A DNA stretch of 64,000 nucleotides from an uncultured Bacteroidales bacterium (GCA_964516425.1 CAZFAM010000002.1:32181-96180), one strand, 5' to 3'; positions 9,377 to 19,403 are shown, numbered from the stretch's first letter. Numbers and translations: made by a program. Notes: a model not told the origin generated them from the sequence alone.

Positions 9377-10375
9377 TTATTTTAAAGCTTCAGCTACTGC
9401 AACAGCTACAGCTACAGTGGCACCAACCATTGGGTTATTACCCATACCAATTAATCCCATCATTTCTACATGGGCTGGAACAGATGAAGAACCTGCGAAT
9501 TGTGCATCTGAATGCATTCTTCCCATTGTATCTGTCATACCATATGAAGCAGGACCTGCTGCCATATTATCTGGGTGTAATGTTCTACCAGTTCCACCAC
9601 CTGATGCAACTGAGAAATATTTTTTACCTAATTCGTTACATTCTTTCTTATATGTACCAGCTACTGGATGTTGGAAACGAGTTGGGTTAGTAGAGTTACC
9701 AGTAATAGATACATCTACACCTTCTAAGTGCATAATAGCAACGCCTTCTCTAACGTCATCAGCACCATAGCATCTTACTTTAGCTCTATCACCATCAGAA
9801 TATGCATGTTCATTTACAATATTTACTTTACCAGTTTTGTAATCAAAAGCTGTTTCAACATGAGTAAATCCATTAATTCTTGAAATGATTTTAGCAGCAT
9901 CTTTTCCTAAACCATTTAAAATTACTCTTAATGGTTCTTTTCTTACTTTGTTTGCAGTTTTAGCAATTCCAATTGCACCTTCTGCAGCTGCAAATGATTC
10001 ATGTCCAGCTAAGAAAGCAAAGCATTTTGTTTCTTCAGATAATAACATAGCTCCTAAATTTCCGTGTCCTAAACCCACTTTTCTATCATCAGCAACACTT
10101 CCAGGAATGCAGAATGATTGTAACCCTACTCCAATCCATCTTGCAGCTTCTGCAGCTGATTTTGCATTGTTTTTAATTGCTAATGCAGCACCAACTTCAT
10201 AGGCCCAACATGCATTTTCAAAACAAATTGTTTGGATTCCTCTTACTATTGATAAAGCATCAACACCTTTTGCATCGCAAATTGCTTTTGCTTCTTCAAT
10301 TGAAGCAATACCATTTTCATTTAAACACTTATTAATTTGATCTATTCTTCTTTCGTAACTTTCAAATAATGCCAT
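9377..10375 (-). CDS. GGGtGRT family protein (uncharacterised)
   Basis: The literal family signature ASGGGTGRTLHP is present in a ~330-aa protein that is notably richer in G+C and in Gly/Ala. Confidence 0.8.
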   Translation of the reverse strand: MALFESYERRIDQINKCLNENGIASIEEAKAICDAKGVDALSIVRGIQTICFENACWAYEVGAALAIKNNAKSAAEAARWIGVGLQSFCIPGSVADDRKVGLGHGNLGAMLLSEETKCFAFLAGHESFAAAEGAIGIAKTANKVRKEPLRVILNGLGKDAAKIISRINGFTHVETAFDYKTGKVNIVNEHAYSDGDRAKVRCYGADDVREGVAIMHLEGVDVSITGNSTNPTRFQHPVAGTYKKECNELGKKYFSVASGGGTGRTLHPDNMAAGPASYGMTDTMGRMHSDAQFAGSSSVPAHVEMMGLIGMGNNPMVGATVAVAVAVAEALK

Positions 10376-10386
10376 GATATTACCTC

Positions 10387-11079
10387 CTATTCTTGACGAG
10401 GGTCAATATATTTAGATGCTTCCGCAAATCTTCCATATGTACCCTTAGCTTTCTCTAATGCTTCTTCAGCTCCGATTCCTTTCTTTAAGAAATCAGTAAA
10501 CTTACCTAAACTTAAATATTCATAACCAATGATTTCACTATTTTCATCTAAAGCAAGTCTAGTAATATATCCTTCAGTTAATTCAAGATATCTAGGACCT
10601 TTTTCAAGTGTACTGTAAATTGTACCAACTTGGCTTCTTAATCCTTTACCTAAATCTTCTAATCCAGCACCAATAGTTAAACCATTTTCAGAGAATGCTG
10701 ATTGTGTTCTTCCGTAAACGATTTGTAAGAACAATTCACGCATTGCTGTATTGATAGCATCACATACTAAGTCAGTATTAACAGCTTCTAATAATGTTTT
10801 TCCAACTAATGCTTCACCAGCCATAGCTGCAGAATGTGTCATACCTGAACATCCAATTGTTTCAACTAATGCTTCTTGAATTATACCTTTTTTAACATTT
10901 AATGTTAATTTACATGCACCTTGTTGAGGAGCACACCATCCGATACCATGAGTAAAACCAGAAATATCTGTAATTTGTTTAGAATATGTCCATTCGCCTT
11001 CTTGAGGAATTGGAGCACATCCATGACTAGCACCGATAGCAACTTTACACATGTTTTTAACTTGATTTGTTGTTTCCAT
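10387..11079 (-). CDS. NifU/IscU N-terminal-domain-like protein with C-terminal extension
   Basis: The segment IIQEALVETIGCSGMTHSAAMAGEALVGKTLLEA resembles the IscU GCGSAIASSS...GK...EA block. Additional Cys residues occur at HGC and WCAP..ACK. The gene lies 11 nt upstream of the GGGtGRT gene. Confidence 0.65.
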   Translation of the reverse strand: METTNQVKNMCKVAIGASHGCAPIPQEGEWTYSKQITDISGFTHGIGWCAPQQGACKLTLNVKKGIIQEALVETIGCSGMTHSAAMAGEALVGKTLLEAVNTDLVCDAINTAMRELFLQIVYGRTQSAFSENGLTIGAGLEDLGKGLRSQVGTIYSTLEKGPRYLELTEGYITRLALDENSEIIGYEYLSLGKFTDFLKKGIGAEEALEKAKGTYGRFAEASKYIDPRQE

Positions 11080-11212
11080 AGTCTCTCTTCCTTTACTAAA
11101 AAATTATAGATGTTAAATAGTCATCTACTTTACTATATTATTCTATCATATTATTAATTATTTTTCAATCATAAAATGTTTACAAAATAAAAAGTTGAGA
11201 TATATACCTCAA

Positions 11213-11557
11213 CTATTTTGCTGAATTCAATAATACTTGTCCTATAATATTACTTGCAAGTGAAACCACTAAACAAACAACACCTAAAACAATAGATAAA
11301 GTTCCATTTTCTCCGTCTTTTTTTTGTTTAATTCCATTACCTATACAACCGCCTCCGCAAGCATATCCAATTAATGGAATAAATAATGCAGCAATTGATC
11401 CAACTATACATAAAATAATACTAATTGTATTTGTATTTTTTTTACCAGATTTATTATCTGTTATAGTAGCATCACAAACTTCTTCTACAACAGTTCCACA
11501 AGCTGGGCATGTATTAGTTCCTTCACTAATCTCAGTTCCACAATTATTACAAAACAT
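11213..11557 (-). CDS. Zinc-ribbon membrane protein
   Basis: An N-terminal CNNC...CPAC zinc ribbon is followed by two hydrophobic helices. Confidence 0.6.
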   Translation of the reverse strand: MFCNNCGTEISEGTNTCPACGTVVEEVCDATITDNKSGKKNTNTISIILCIVGSIAALFIPLIGYACGGGCIGNGIKQKKDGENGTLSIVLGVVCLVVSLASNIIGQVLLNSAK

Positions 11558-11686
11558 ACTAACCCTCCATTTTCTTGTACATTATGCACATATATATTAT
11601 ATAATATTTAAATTTTTTTTGCAATCTTTTTATAATTTAGATGCATTCTAATTAAAAAAATGATATAATTAATTCGAGGTGTATAT

Positions 11687-12223
11687 ATGAAATATTTAGT
11701 TTTTAGTGACATTCATGGTTCTTTAGATTCATGCCAATTTATTATAAATAAATATAATGAATTAAAACCTGATAAAATTATTCTTTTAGGTGATATTTTA
11801 TATCATGGGCCACGAAATGATTTGCCTGTAAATTATAACCCAAAAGAAGTAATTAAAATGTTAAATAGTATTGCCAATAAAATAATATGCGTAAAAGGAA
11901 ATTGTGATGCAGAAGTAGATCAAATGGTGTTAAACTTTAAAATATATAATAATAAAACATTATCTATTAATAATAAAAAAATACTATTAACTCATGGACA
12001 CCATATCAATTACAATAATCCTATTAATGATAATTCAATTGATATAGTTATGCATGGCCATACTCATATTAATCAAATCAATCAATCAGATTCTACTACA
12101 TATATCAATTTAGGTAGTATAACAATTCCAAAAGATGGAATTAAATCATATGCTATTATTGAAAATAATACTATCTATATATTAAACATTAATAATGAAA
12201 TAATTAATACATATCAAATATAA
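11687..12223 (+). CDS. YfcE/MJ0936-family metallophosphoesterase
   Basis: It carries the calcineurin-like motifs SDIHGS, LGDILYHGPRN, GNCD, THGH and GHTH. Confidence 0.75.
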   Translation: MKYLVFSDIHGSLDSCQFIINKYNELKPDKIILLGDILYHGPRNDLPVNYNPKEVIKMLNSIANKIICVKGNCDAEVDQMVLNFKIYNNKTLSINNKKILLTHGHHINYNNPINDNSIDIVMHGHTHINQINQSDSTTYINLGSITIPKDGIKSYAIIENNTIYILNINNEIINTYQI

Positions 12224-12252
12224 AAAGCTATTCACAAAAAATAGCTTTTTTT
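12223..12252. terminator. Bidirectional terminator between convergent genes
   Basis: A 9-bp stem (12223-12231 / 12241-12249) is flanked by an A run on the left and a T run on the right. Confidence 0.6.
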
Positions 12253-12256
12253 ATTT

Positions 12257-13021
12257 TTATAAATTAGCTCCAAAATCACATACTAATGTTTGACCAGTAA
12301 TTGGTTTTGAATCATCACTTGCTAAAAACAATAATACATTAGCAACATCTTCAGCATGACATGATGGGCAACCTTTTAAATCAGAATGATTAGCCATTGC
12401 TCCAAACATTTCCATATCCATATTGCTATAATCCATGCCAGCAGTCATTGGCGTTAAAATATTTCCTGGACATACAACATTACAACGAATATTCTTTCCC
12501 GCAGTTAACATTGCAGCATGTTTTGTTATACCTATAATAGCTGCTTTACTAGAAACATAAGCAGCTCCACCGCCACCATTAACACCAGCAACACTTGCAA
12601 CATTAACAATAGATCCGCTTTTTGCTTCCTTCATATATTTTAAAGCACTTCTCATACAATACATTGTACCTTTTTGATTAATATCAATAACTTTTGCTAA
12701 ATCATCATCACTAAATTTATCCACTGCTTTTAATCCTGAATCTAATATACCAGCATTATTTACTAATACATCAATTTTCCCAAATTCTTTAATTGTTGTT
12801 TCAATTAAATTTTCACATTCTTCAACTTTAGATATATCTGTAGGTACACTTAAAACTTTTCCACCAGCAGCAACAATTTCTTGTTCAACTTGTTCTAAAG
12901 CTTCTTTTCTTCTAGCACTAATAACAACTGTAGCTCCTTCTTTCGCAAATAACTTTGCGGTAGCTGCACCTACACCACTATTTCCACCAGTAACAATAAT
13001 AACTTTATCTTTTAACCTCAT
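12257..13021 (-). CDS. Short-chain dehydrogenase/reductase (SDR)
   Basis: TGGNSGVG (the TGxxxGxG site), NNAG and the YVSSK catalytic Tyr-Lys are present. The start is reset to the ATG at 13019-13021, preceded by AAGGAGGA. Confidence 0.8.
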   Translation of the reverse strand: MRLKDKVIIVTGGNSGVGAATAKLFAKEGATVVISARRKEALEQVEQEIVAAGGKVLSVPTDISKVEECENLIETTIKEFGKIDVLVNNAGILDSGLKAVDKFSDDDLAKVIDINQKGTMYCMRSALKYMKEAKSGSIVNVASVAGVNGGGGAAYVSSKAAIIGITKHAAMLTAGKNIRCNVVCPGNILTPMTAGMDYSNMDMEMFGAMANHSDLKGCPSCHAEDVANVLLFLASDDSKPITGQTLVCDFGANL

Positions 13022-13084
13022 AATATCCTCCTTAATGTTTAAAGACATAAAAAGTATATCACAAAATAATTAAAAATAAAATAA

Positions 13085-13118
13085 AAAAAGCATCTATCAT
13101 CAAGATAAATGCTAATTA
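13085..13118 (-). terminator. Rho-independent terminator after rpsD
   Basis: A 9-bp stem with one G-U (minus-strand RNA) is followed by U8. Confidence 0.55.
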
Positions 13119-13121
13119 TTA

Positions 13122-13742
13122 CTATCTGTTGTAGAACTCAACAATTAAGTTTTCTTTAATATCTGTTAAGAATTCTTCACGTTCTGGTTTTCTTGTAAAG
13201 CATCCTTCTAATTTATCAGCATTAAATGTTAAATAAGGTTTAACAGCAGGAGCTGAAGCAATTGCATCTTTAATAATAACTAAACCTTTAGATTTTTCAA
13301 CAACGCTAATAACTTGACCAGCTTTTAAAGTGTATGATGGAATATCCACTTTATTTCCATCAACAGCAATATGTCCATGGTTAACTAATTGACGAGCTTG
13401 ACGTCTTGTTGCAGCTAATCCTAAACGATAAACTACATTATCTAATCTTGATTCTAACATAATTAAGAAATTATCACCATGTTTACCAGCTAATTTTCCA
13501 GCTTTTACAAATGTATTATGGAATTGTTTTTCACTTAATCCATAAGTAAAACGTACTTTTTGCTTTTCTTGTAATTGGATTCCGTATTCAGAAAGTTTTG
13601 CACGGCGTTGCCCGTGTTGTCCTGGAGCGTAATCTCTTCTGTTTTTTCCATTCTTGCCTTTAGCAAATTCTTTACCTGTTTCTAATGTAGAAAATTTTAA
13701 TCTTCTTGAAACCTTCCACGCAGGTCCTGTATAACGTGCCAT
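13122..13742 (-). CDS. rpsD: 30S ribosomal protein S4
   Basis: [15 protein letters not shown], the central S4 domain [25 protein letters not shown] and full length all match S4. Confidence 0.95.
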   Translation of the reverse strand: MARYTGPAWKVSRRLKFSTLETGKEFAKGKNGKNRRDYAPGQHGQRRAKLSEYGIQLQEKQKVRFTYGLSEKQFHNTFVKAGKLAGKHGDNFLIMLESRLDNVVYRLGLAATRRQARQLVNHGHIAVDGNKVDIPSYTLKAGQVISVVEKSKGLVIIKDAIASAPAVKPYLTFNADKLEGCFTRKPEREEFLTDIKENLIVEFYNR

Positions 13743-13912
13743 TTTTTATTCCTCCTATTATTTAAAAATTTTGTAAGGACTTAAATCTCTATGCAGCAAA
13801 GACACTTATAAAAGGTTTCATCTCACAGCAAGACTACTTCCAACCACCTTTGGTAAATCTTTAAACTGTCATTCATTTAAGTACTGTCTACAAGCACTCG
13901 GTTATATAACCT
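13743..13912 (-). promoter_or_regulatory. Long structured 5' leader of rpsD (candidate S4 autoregulatory leader)
   Basis: A ~170-nt untranslated segment lies between a consensus promoter and the RBS. It is richer in G+C than surrounding spacers. Long-range complementarity is visible by eye (AAAAGGTT...AACCTTTT; AGACA...TGTCT). Confidence 0.4.
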
Positions 13913-13918
13913 TTTATT

Positions 13919-13947
13919 ATTATACTACTTTCATATACATTTGTCAA
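13919..13947 (-). promoter_or_regulatory. Sigma-A-type promoter of rpsD
   Basis: On the minus strand TTGACA (13942-13947) is separated by a 17-nt spacer from TATAAT (13919-13924). Both hexamers match consensus exactly. Confidence 0.6.
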
Positions 13948-13985
13948 TAGTTTTGTGAATTAAGATAAGCGTATTATTAATCAAT

Positions 13986-14723
13986 TTATAAAGCCTTTTT
14001 AGTTTTATAAGTTTTCGCAAATTCTGGTATATACAGCACAACTAAATAAATCACTATAACTGGAAACACTAATAGCAAATACCAATAAGAATGAGGAATT
14101 ATATTCCAGAAGATTTCTAATATTGGGATTGGTGGCATCAAGCTATACATATAATTCACAACAATTATATTACCTGATGGATCTACAACATTATTAATGT
14201 AGCAGTAATTGTTAATAGCAATATTTATAAAATGAATAATAGTGTACGCAACAAGAGTAATAGCAACCGTTGATGCAATACACTTGTAATCCTTATTAGT
14301 CAATTTCAATAAAATCATAAGTATTGGAATCCCAAACTCAAAAGCATGAGGAAAATAATAAATAAAGAATGTTGCACTAAAAATTTCATAATTTGCCTGA
14401 GCGTTATTCATCACAAGTGCCATCAAGGCACCAAGCGACCATAATAGAAGTAAATTATTTAGCACCTTGTTCCTTGTAAGAACTGCAATTGGAAGAACAA
14501 TAGCAGTAAGAGAACATAAGTGAAATGGTAAGTACTCAAGTGGGGATTTCCATCGTACGAGGTTAAAAATAATTGCATAAATCCCACTTAATGAAAGAAT
14601 AAATAGCACAATAATCTTCACTTTATTGCTTTTGTTTTTAAGAATAAAATACACCAAAGCATTCATCAAAGCTACTATAAGTAAAGAAATGATGTGTACT
14701 ATTCCAAAATTGCCCCAAGTCAT
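13986..14723 (-). CDS. YwaF/TIGR02206-like integral membrane protein
   Basis: It has about 7 TM helices and the conserved LPFHLCS motif as remembered for this family. Confidence 0.5.
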   Translation of the reverse strand: MTWGNFGIVHIISLLIVALMNALVYFILKNKSNKVKIIVLFILSLSGIYAIIFNLVRWKSPLEYLPFHLCSLTAIVLPIAVLTRNKVLNNLLLLWSLGALMALVMNNAQANYEIFSATFFIYYFPHAFEFGIPILMILLKLTNKDYKCIASTVAITLVAYTIIHFINIAINNYCYINNVVDPSGNIIVVNYMYSLMPPIPILEIFWNIIPHSYWYLLLVFPVIVIYLVVLYIPEFAKTYKTKKAL

Positions 14724-14809
14724 TATAATCCTCCTATTTTTTAGTATTAAATGTCAATATTAGTGTAACCATAAATATAATATTTTATTTAAAAATATTA
14801 ACAACATAA

Positions 14810-15331
14810 TTATTCAATTACATTAATATATATTATTTTTTGTGATTTATTTCCATATATGTCTTTACACTCTACAGTAATATATAATGGTTCATTTGAT
14901 GTTTTAAGTGCGGTTAATTCCCCTTTTTCATTAATTCTTAAACAAGCTTGATCGTTTACTGAATATGTAATAGAGTCCATGATTGTTTTTGTTTTTACAA
15001 TAATGTTTGTGGAAAAGCCAACTTTTAAATCAATTGAATCATTCACTTGATTTTCTAAATCTTGACTTGCATCACTTCTATTATATAAAGTAAATAATTC
15101 ATCAGATGTTGGTGCTTCACAAAACATATTTTTATTAAACTCATGTACTATAGCAATATGGAAACACAATACTATTAACATACATGTTAAACAAATTCTT
15201 AATACATACTTCGTTTTTTTAGATGGAGTAACTACTTCATGTGTTAAATTTAATTCATTTTTTATTTTAGAAAAATCTTTTTGAAATGTTTTTCTTTCTC
15301 TAATATACTTGTCAAAATAATTATTTTTCAT
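14810..15331 (-). CDS. Putative anti-sigma factor: single-pass membrane protein with extracellular Big_2-like domain
   Basis: It overlaps the sigma-factor gene by 11 nt. It has one TM helix (YVLRICLTCMLIVLCFHIAIV). The C-terminal pattern INEKGELTALKTSNEPLYITVECKD resembles Big_2. No zinc-binding anti-sigma motif was seen. Confidence 0.4.
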   Translation of the reverse strand: MKNNYFDKYIRERKTFQKDFSKIKNELNLTHEVVTPSKKTKYVLRICLTCMLIVLCFHIAIVHEFNKNMFCEAPTSDELFTLYNRSDASQDLENQVNDSIDLKVGFSTNIIVKTKTIMDSITYSVNDQACLRINEKGELTALKTSNEPLYITVECKDIYGNKSQKIIYINVIE

Positions 15332-15845
15332 GTTTAGTCTCCTTTCTAAAAAGTTTTAAAGCACGGTAATATTTTGTTTTAATTGTTTTTTCATTTGATT
15401 GATATTTACTCGCAATTTCTTTAAATGAATATCCGTATATATTGTATAGTAAAATAATATTTATCTGTTCTTCATTTAAAAATCGTTGCATTTCTTTTAT
15501 TAAATTTTGATATTCAACATTAGATTCTTCTTTGGCTAATAAAGTATAATCATCATTGTACTCTACAATATCTTTATTTTGATATAAATAGTTTAAAGCA
15601 CTATTTTTAGCACTAGATATTAAATAATACTTGATTTGTAATATTTCTGTTGTTAAGATACGCTTATAAAACTTAACAAAGACTTCATTAGCCAGTTCTT
15701 CAACATCCATTGTATTTGTAACATACTTTGCTATTATAAAACAAACAAGATTAAAATATTGATCATATATTTCTTCAAATACCATCTCTATTTCTATTGT
15801 GTTATGGCTATTGATTGCTCGCTTTAATTTTTTTTCTAGTTCCAT
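15321..15845 (-). CDS. ECF-type RNA polymerase sigma-70 family factor
   Basis: The 174-aa protein has a region 2-like N-terminal half and a region 4 HTH (GYSFKEIASKYQSNEKTIKTKYYRALKLFRK). Confidence 0.7.
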   Translation of the reverse strand: MELEKKLKRAINSHNTIEIEMVFEEIYDQYFNLVCFIIAKYVTNTMDVEELANEVFVKFYKRILTTEILQIKYYLISSAKNSALNYLYQNKDIVEYNDDYTLLAKEESNVEYQNLIKEMQRFLNEEQINIILLYNIYGYSFKEIASKYQSNEKTIKTKYYRALKLFRKETKHEK

Positions 15846-15975
15846 TTTCTATGCTCCATCATAGCTATATTTATTAAGACAAAATATTTGTCTAAATAGT
15901 TTCAAAATATTATACTTTTTTATTTAGTAAATGTCAAATAAGTCATAAATAGCAAAAAAAACACCTTACGGTGTT

Positions 15976-17241
15976 TTAACAAATTTCACAATTTTTCAAT
16001 AATACACATTTTGGCCCAGTGTATCCTTGAATTGTTGTTGTTTCTTTGGACAATTCTAATGTATTAATGCATTCATTTAAATTACCACTAAATGAGAATC
16101 CACTTATTGGATATAACTTTTCACCATCAAAGTAATTAGCAAGTCTTACTTCTCCACCAATATACCCAGCATATAAATCTAATTGAATTCCTGACAAATC
16201 AATTAATTCAATATATGGTTCTTTACATAGTTTTTCAATATTTTTAGTACCTTTTCCTAAACTAACTGTATTTAAACTACCTGTTGGTTCAACACCTAAA
16301 TAATAAGCGAACCTATTAGAGCCGAAATAAGCCTTTAGAACTCCATCCTTAATTATTTCGCACTCCTTTAACAAAACCCCTTCAGAATCGAAATAATCGG
16401 CCTTAGATGCCGTTTTAAGACTAACATTCAACTTACATACTGGATTTTCTTGAACATTATCCCCAATGCTCTTAAAATTACTCTTATGATAAACATTATG
16501 ATATGTATATGTGGAAATTAATGATCTAATTAATTCTTTAATATTATCATCTTTTAAGATAACATTAATTTTTCTTTTTTCATCACATTTAACTGCTTGA
16601 CTACGTAACATTACATCTTTAATAGCGTTACTACTATCTTCTTTGATTTTATCATAATCAACTTTATCATATTTAAACATACGATATAATTCTGTTTTTA
16701 CGTTTTCCCCTTTAAATGAAGGAATTGCTTCAACTTCAATACTATAAGTACATTTTTTATAATTAACTCCATTAGAATTGATAATTTGACTTTCTCTTTC
16801 GTTATAGAATAATTCTAATGAATTAAACTTACATGTTTCATTTGATGCATTAATATATATATTAGCAATGTTTTGTAATACTTCAAAAGGATTTTCCGGT
16901 TTTGTTTTGTCGTTATAATTCTTTTTACTTGTTCCTTTTGGCAATTCATAATATTCATTTTTCACAAATCCCGAGGCAAATAAAGCATCATTTATTAATG
17001 TATCTAATTCTTTACCACTTACATTATGAGAAACTACAAAGTTAGAACTTCCTAAATATCTTACACCATTTTCTTCAAATTCTTTATATACTGTAACATG
17101 TTGTTCTAATGTTTCTGTTTTTCTTGTTGTTTCAAGTTTTTGTAAAACATAAAATTGTTCTTGTGTTTTAACTTTAGATTCAATAATACGATATATATTA
17201 ACATTATTTTTTAATAATGCTTTTTCAATTTTCTTTAACAT
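15976..17241 (-). CDS. pmbA: PmbA/TldE-family metalloprotease partner
   Basis: It is the TldD/PmbA-family paralog immediately downstream of tldD and lacks the HExxH motif. The start is reset to the ATG at 17239-17241, 2 nt after the tldD TGA; the track start is a TTG. Confidence 0.7.
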   Translation of the reverse strand: MLKKIEKALLKNNVNIYRIIESKVKTQEQFYVLQKLETTRKTETLEQHVTVYKEFEENGVRYLGSSNFVVSHNVSGKELDTLINDALFASGFVKNEYYELPKGTSKKNYNDKTKPENPFEVLQNIANIYINASNETCKFNSLELFYNERESQIINSNGVNYKKCTYSIEVEAIPSFKGENVKTELYRMFKYDKVDYDKIKEDSSNAIKDVMLRSQAVKCDEKRKINVILKDDNIKELIRSLISTYTYHNVYHKSNFKSIGDNVQENPVCKLNVSLKTASKADYFDSEGVLLKECEIIKDGVLKAYFGSNRFAYYLGVEPTGSLNTVSLGKGTKNIEKLCKEPYIELIDLSGIQLDLYAGYIGGEVRLANYFDGEKLYPISGFSFSGNLNECINTLELSKETTTIQGYTGPKCVLLKNCEIC

Positions 17242-17243
17242 AC

Positions 17244-18656
17244 TCACCCTATTTTCACCTGTGCTTTTATGCAACTACCGCCGTCACTAACGCGTACCCA
17301 TTCTTTATATCCTTTTCCACATGAACCAGAACCAATAACTTTAAAATCTGTTGATACCATTGAAATCGATTCTAATAAATCAATTACATATCCACTCATT
17401 ACAACTGGTGAAATTAATTTTCCTGTAAACTTTCCATTTACGATTTCACGACCATATAATGCGGTACATTGAATGCCCCAGTTTTTAGGATCTTCCATTC
17501 CATTATTTGTTTGTACAATATAATATCCATAGTCAACTGATGCTATCATTTCATCTAAAGTAGATTTACCTTTTGAAAAGAATGTATTTGTCATTCTTGT
17601 ATAAGCTTTTCTCTTATATGATTCTCTTCTTCCATTACCTGTTGGATGATAGTTTAAAATTGCGGCACTAATGCTATCACATATACCACCAACTAATGTT
17701 CCGTTTTTAATTATAACAGTATCTTGAGCTAATACTCCTTCATCATCAAAGAAATATGATGCTGCACTTAATGCAGCTTTAGCGCCATCATGCATTGTAA
17801 CTAATTTTGAAGCTACTTTTTCATTCATATATTCTACTGATTTTGCACGGTCTTTCACAAACATATCCATTTCTAAACCATGTCCAAATGCTTCATGAGC
17901 AATTAAACCTGTAATAGATGGATCAGTAATAATTGTATATACTCCCGGTTTTGGAAGTGTTGAAGACAATAATTCGATTGCTAATGAAGCAGTAGATGAT
18001 ATCATATCTTTAAAACTAGAAATTGTTTCATCTAATGTTGCATAACCGCTACCATCATAATTATACTTCATATTATCATTTTCACGAACTAATGCAAAGC
18101 AACTTGCGGTATTCCATGTATAATATTGTTCTAAATCTCTTTTATTAGATATATACATTTTTGATATTTCATTACATTCCATACCTACTTGAACATTAAT
18201 TATTCTTTCATCTAAAGATAGTCCATAATTAGAATATTCCTTTAATAATTTTGTAATCTCTTCTGGTGAATATTCACGTGAATTATCTTTTCTACGAAAC
18301 TTTTTAGTTAATTCTTCTTCTTTAATTATATTAGCATTTACTTTTTCTACACTAACATTTTCCATTACTAATTTATCTATTGCATCAATGACATTAGCAA
18401 TATTTTTTTCTTCAATATCATTAAATGAATACTCGCTATATACCCCTTTAGAATATACTCGCAATACAAAACCACTTTCTGTAATAGATGAAGTATTAAT
18501 AGCAACAGATGATTTATCTACGGAATATACTTTTCCTTTAACGTCTGTTCCTAAAACACTAACAAAATCATATTTTTGTGAAAGTGATGCTACTAATTGT
18601 TTTATTAATGGCTTTTTCTTTTTTAAATATTTTGAATATTTATCCATATCATTCAC
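17244..18656 (-). CDS. tldD: TldD-family metalloprotease
   Basis: The zinc motif HEAFGHGLE and a Gly-rich C-terminal block are present. The gene ends with TGA at 17244-17246. Confidence 0.85.
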   Translation of the reverse strand: MNDMDKYSKYLKKKKPLIKQLVASLSQKYDFVSVLGTDVKGKVYSVDKSSVAINTSSITESGFVLRVYSKGVYSEYSFNDIEEKNIANVIDAIDKLVMENVSVEKVNANIIKEEELTKKFRRKDNSREYSPEEITKLLKEYSNYGLSLDERIINVQVGMECNEISKMYISNKRDLEQYYTWNTASCFALVRENDNMKYNYDGSGYATLDETISSFKDMISSTASLAIELLSSTLPKPGVYTIITDPSITGLIAHEAFGHGLEMDMFVKDRAKSVEYMNEKVASKLVTMHDGAKAALSAASYFFDDEGVLAQDTVIIKNGTLVGGICDSISAAILNYHPTGNGRRESYKRKAYTRMTNTFFSKGKSTLDEMIASVDYGYYIVQTNNGMEDPKNWGIQCTALYGREIVNGKFTGKLISPVVMSGYVIDLLESISMVSTDFKVIGSGSCGKGYKEWVRVSDGGSCIKAQVKIG

Positions 18657-18695
18657 ATCCTTCTAGTGATATTATCTTATTTTTTATTTTATTTG

Positions 18696-19403
18696 TCAAT
18701 GAAATTTTTTGATAAATGTGGATATTTTCTTATATACTAAAAAAGTAATTGTACATACTACTACAGATAATAATAAATTAAATGGTAAGGCAGCAAATAA
18801 TAAATACTTAATCATATAATTGCTTTCATTAACTCCAGGAATAATAGATAAAGCACCTACTAGTGCATTAACATTATTATCAAAATATAAAGCCAAATAA
18901 AATGGTATATTAATTAAATAATTAGATAATACTCCCATTATTACCCATGCAATGCATCCACAAATTAATGCAACTATAGCACCTTTTTTATTTTTATGTT
19001 TTTGATATATAATAGATGATAATAAAACAACAGCTGTTCCAATTAAAAAGTCCGCAAACTCGCCAACGCATAATGTGGAAGTAAATGGTAATTTTAACAT
19101 TGTTCTAATTAATACAGCCATTAACCCTTCAATTGGTCCAAACATAAAACCAATAATGATAATTGGTAACATCGATAAATTCACTTCTAAAAAAGATGGG
19201 AAAATAGGTAGTGGAAATTTAATAAAATACAATACCATTGAAAGTGCAGAAAATATGGAAATGATTGCTAAATCATTTGTGGATATTTTTTGTTTCTTTT
19301 TTCTAATTACACTTATTGCAATAATAGTAATAAGTAATACAAAAATGGATGCAATTAACAAAATCGTTTTGTTAGTTTGTAAAAAATTAATAATTGATAA
19401 CAT
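18696..19403 (-). CDS. ribU: ECF transporter S component for riboflavin
   Basis: It is a six-helix small membrane protein of the ECF S-component type. It lies directly behind an FMN riboswitch. Confidence 0.75.
   Translation of the reverse strand: MLSIINFLQTNKTILLIASIFVLLITIIAISVIRKKKQKISTNDLAIISIFSALSMVLYFIKFPLPIFPSFLEVNLSMLPIIIIGFMFGPIEGLMAVLIRTMLKLPFTSTLCVGEFADFLIGTAVVLLSSIIYQKHKNKKGAIVALICGCIAWVIMGVLSNYLINIPFYLALYFDNNVNALVGALSIIPGVNESNYMIKYLLFAALPFNLLLSVVVCTITFLVYKKISTFIKKFH

Noticed and set aside
9417-10202. Plus-strand ORFs 9417-9770, 9430-9690 and 9885-10202, with similar ones at 5270-5470, 2293-2538, 21716-21934 and 23079-23472
   Set aside because: They lie antisense to strongly supported genes (GGGtGRT, oadB, ecfA2, pgk, the ABC ATPase). 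Their low-complexity Pro/Ala/Ile-rich translations are typical of shadow frames. They have no RBS and no family resemblance.
17244-17246. Possibility of Mycoplasma-type genetic code 4 (TGA = Trp), given the extreme AT content and Mollicutes-like features
   Set aside because: tldD ends at a TGA, followed 2 nt later by the pmbA start. All conserved genes are intact under the standard code, and no conserved protein needs TGA read-through.
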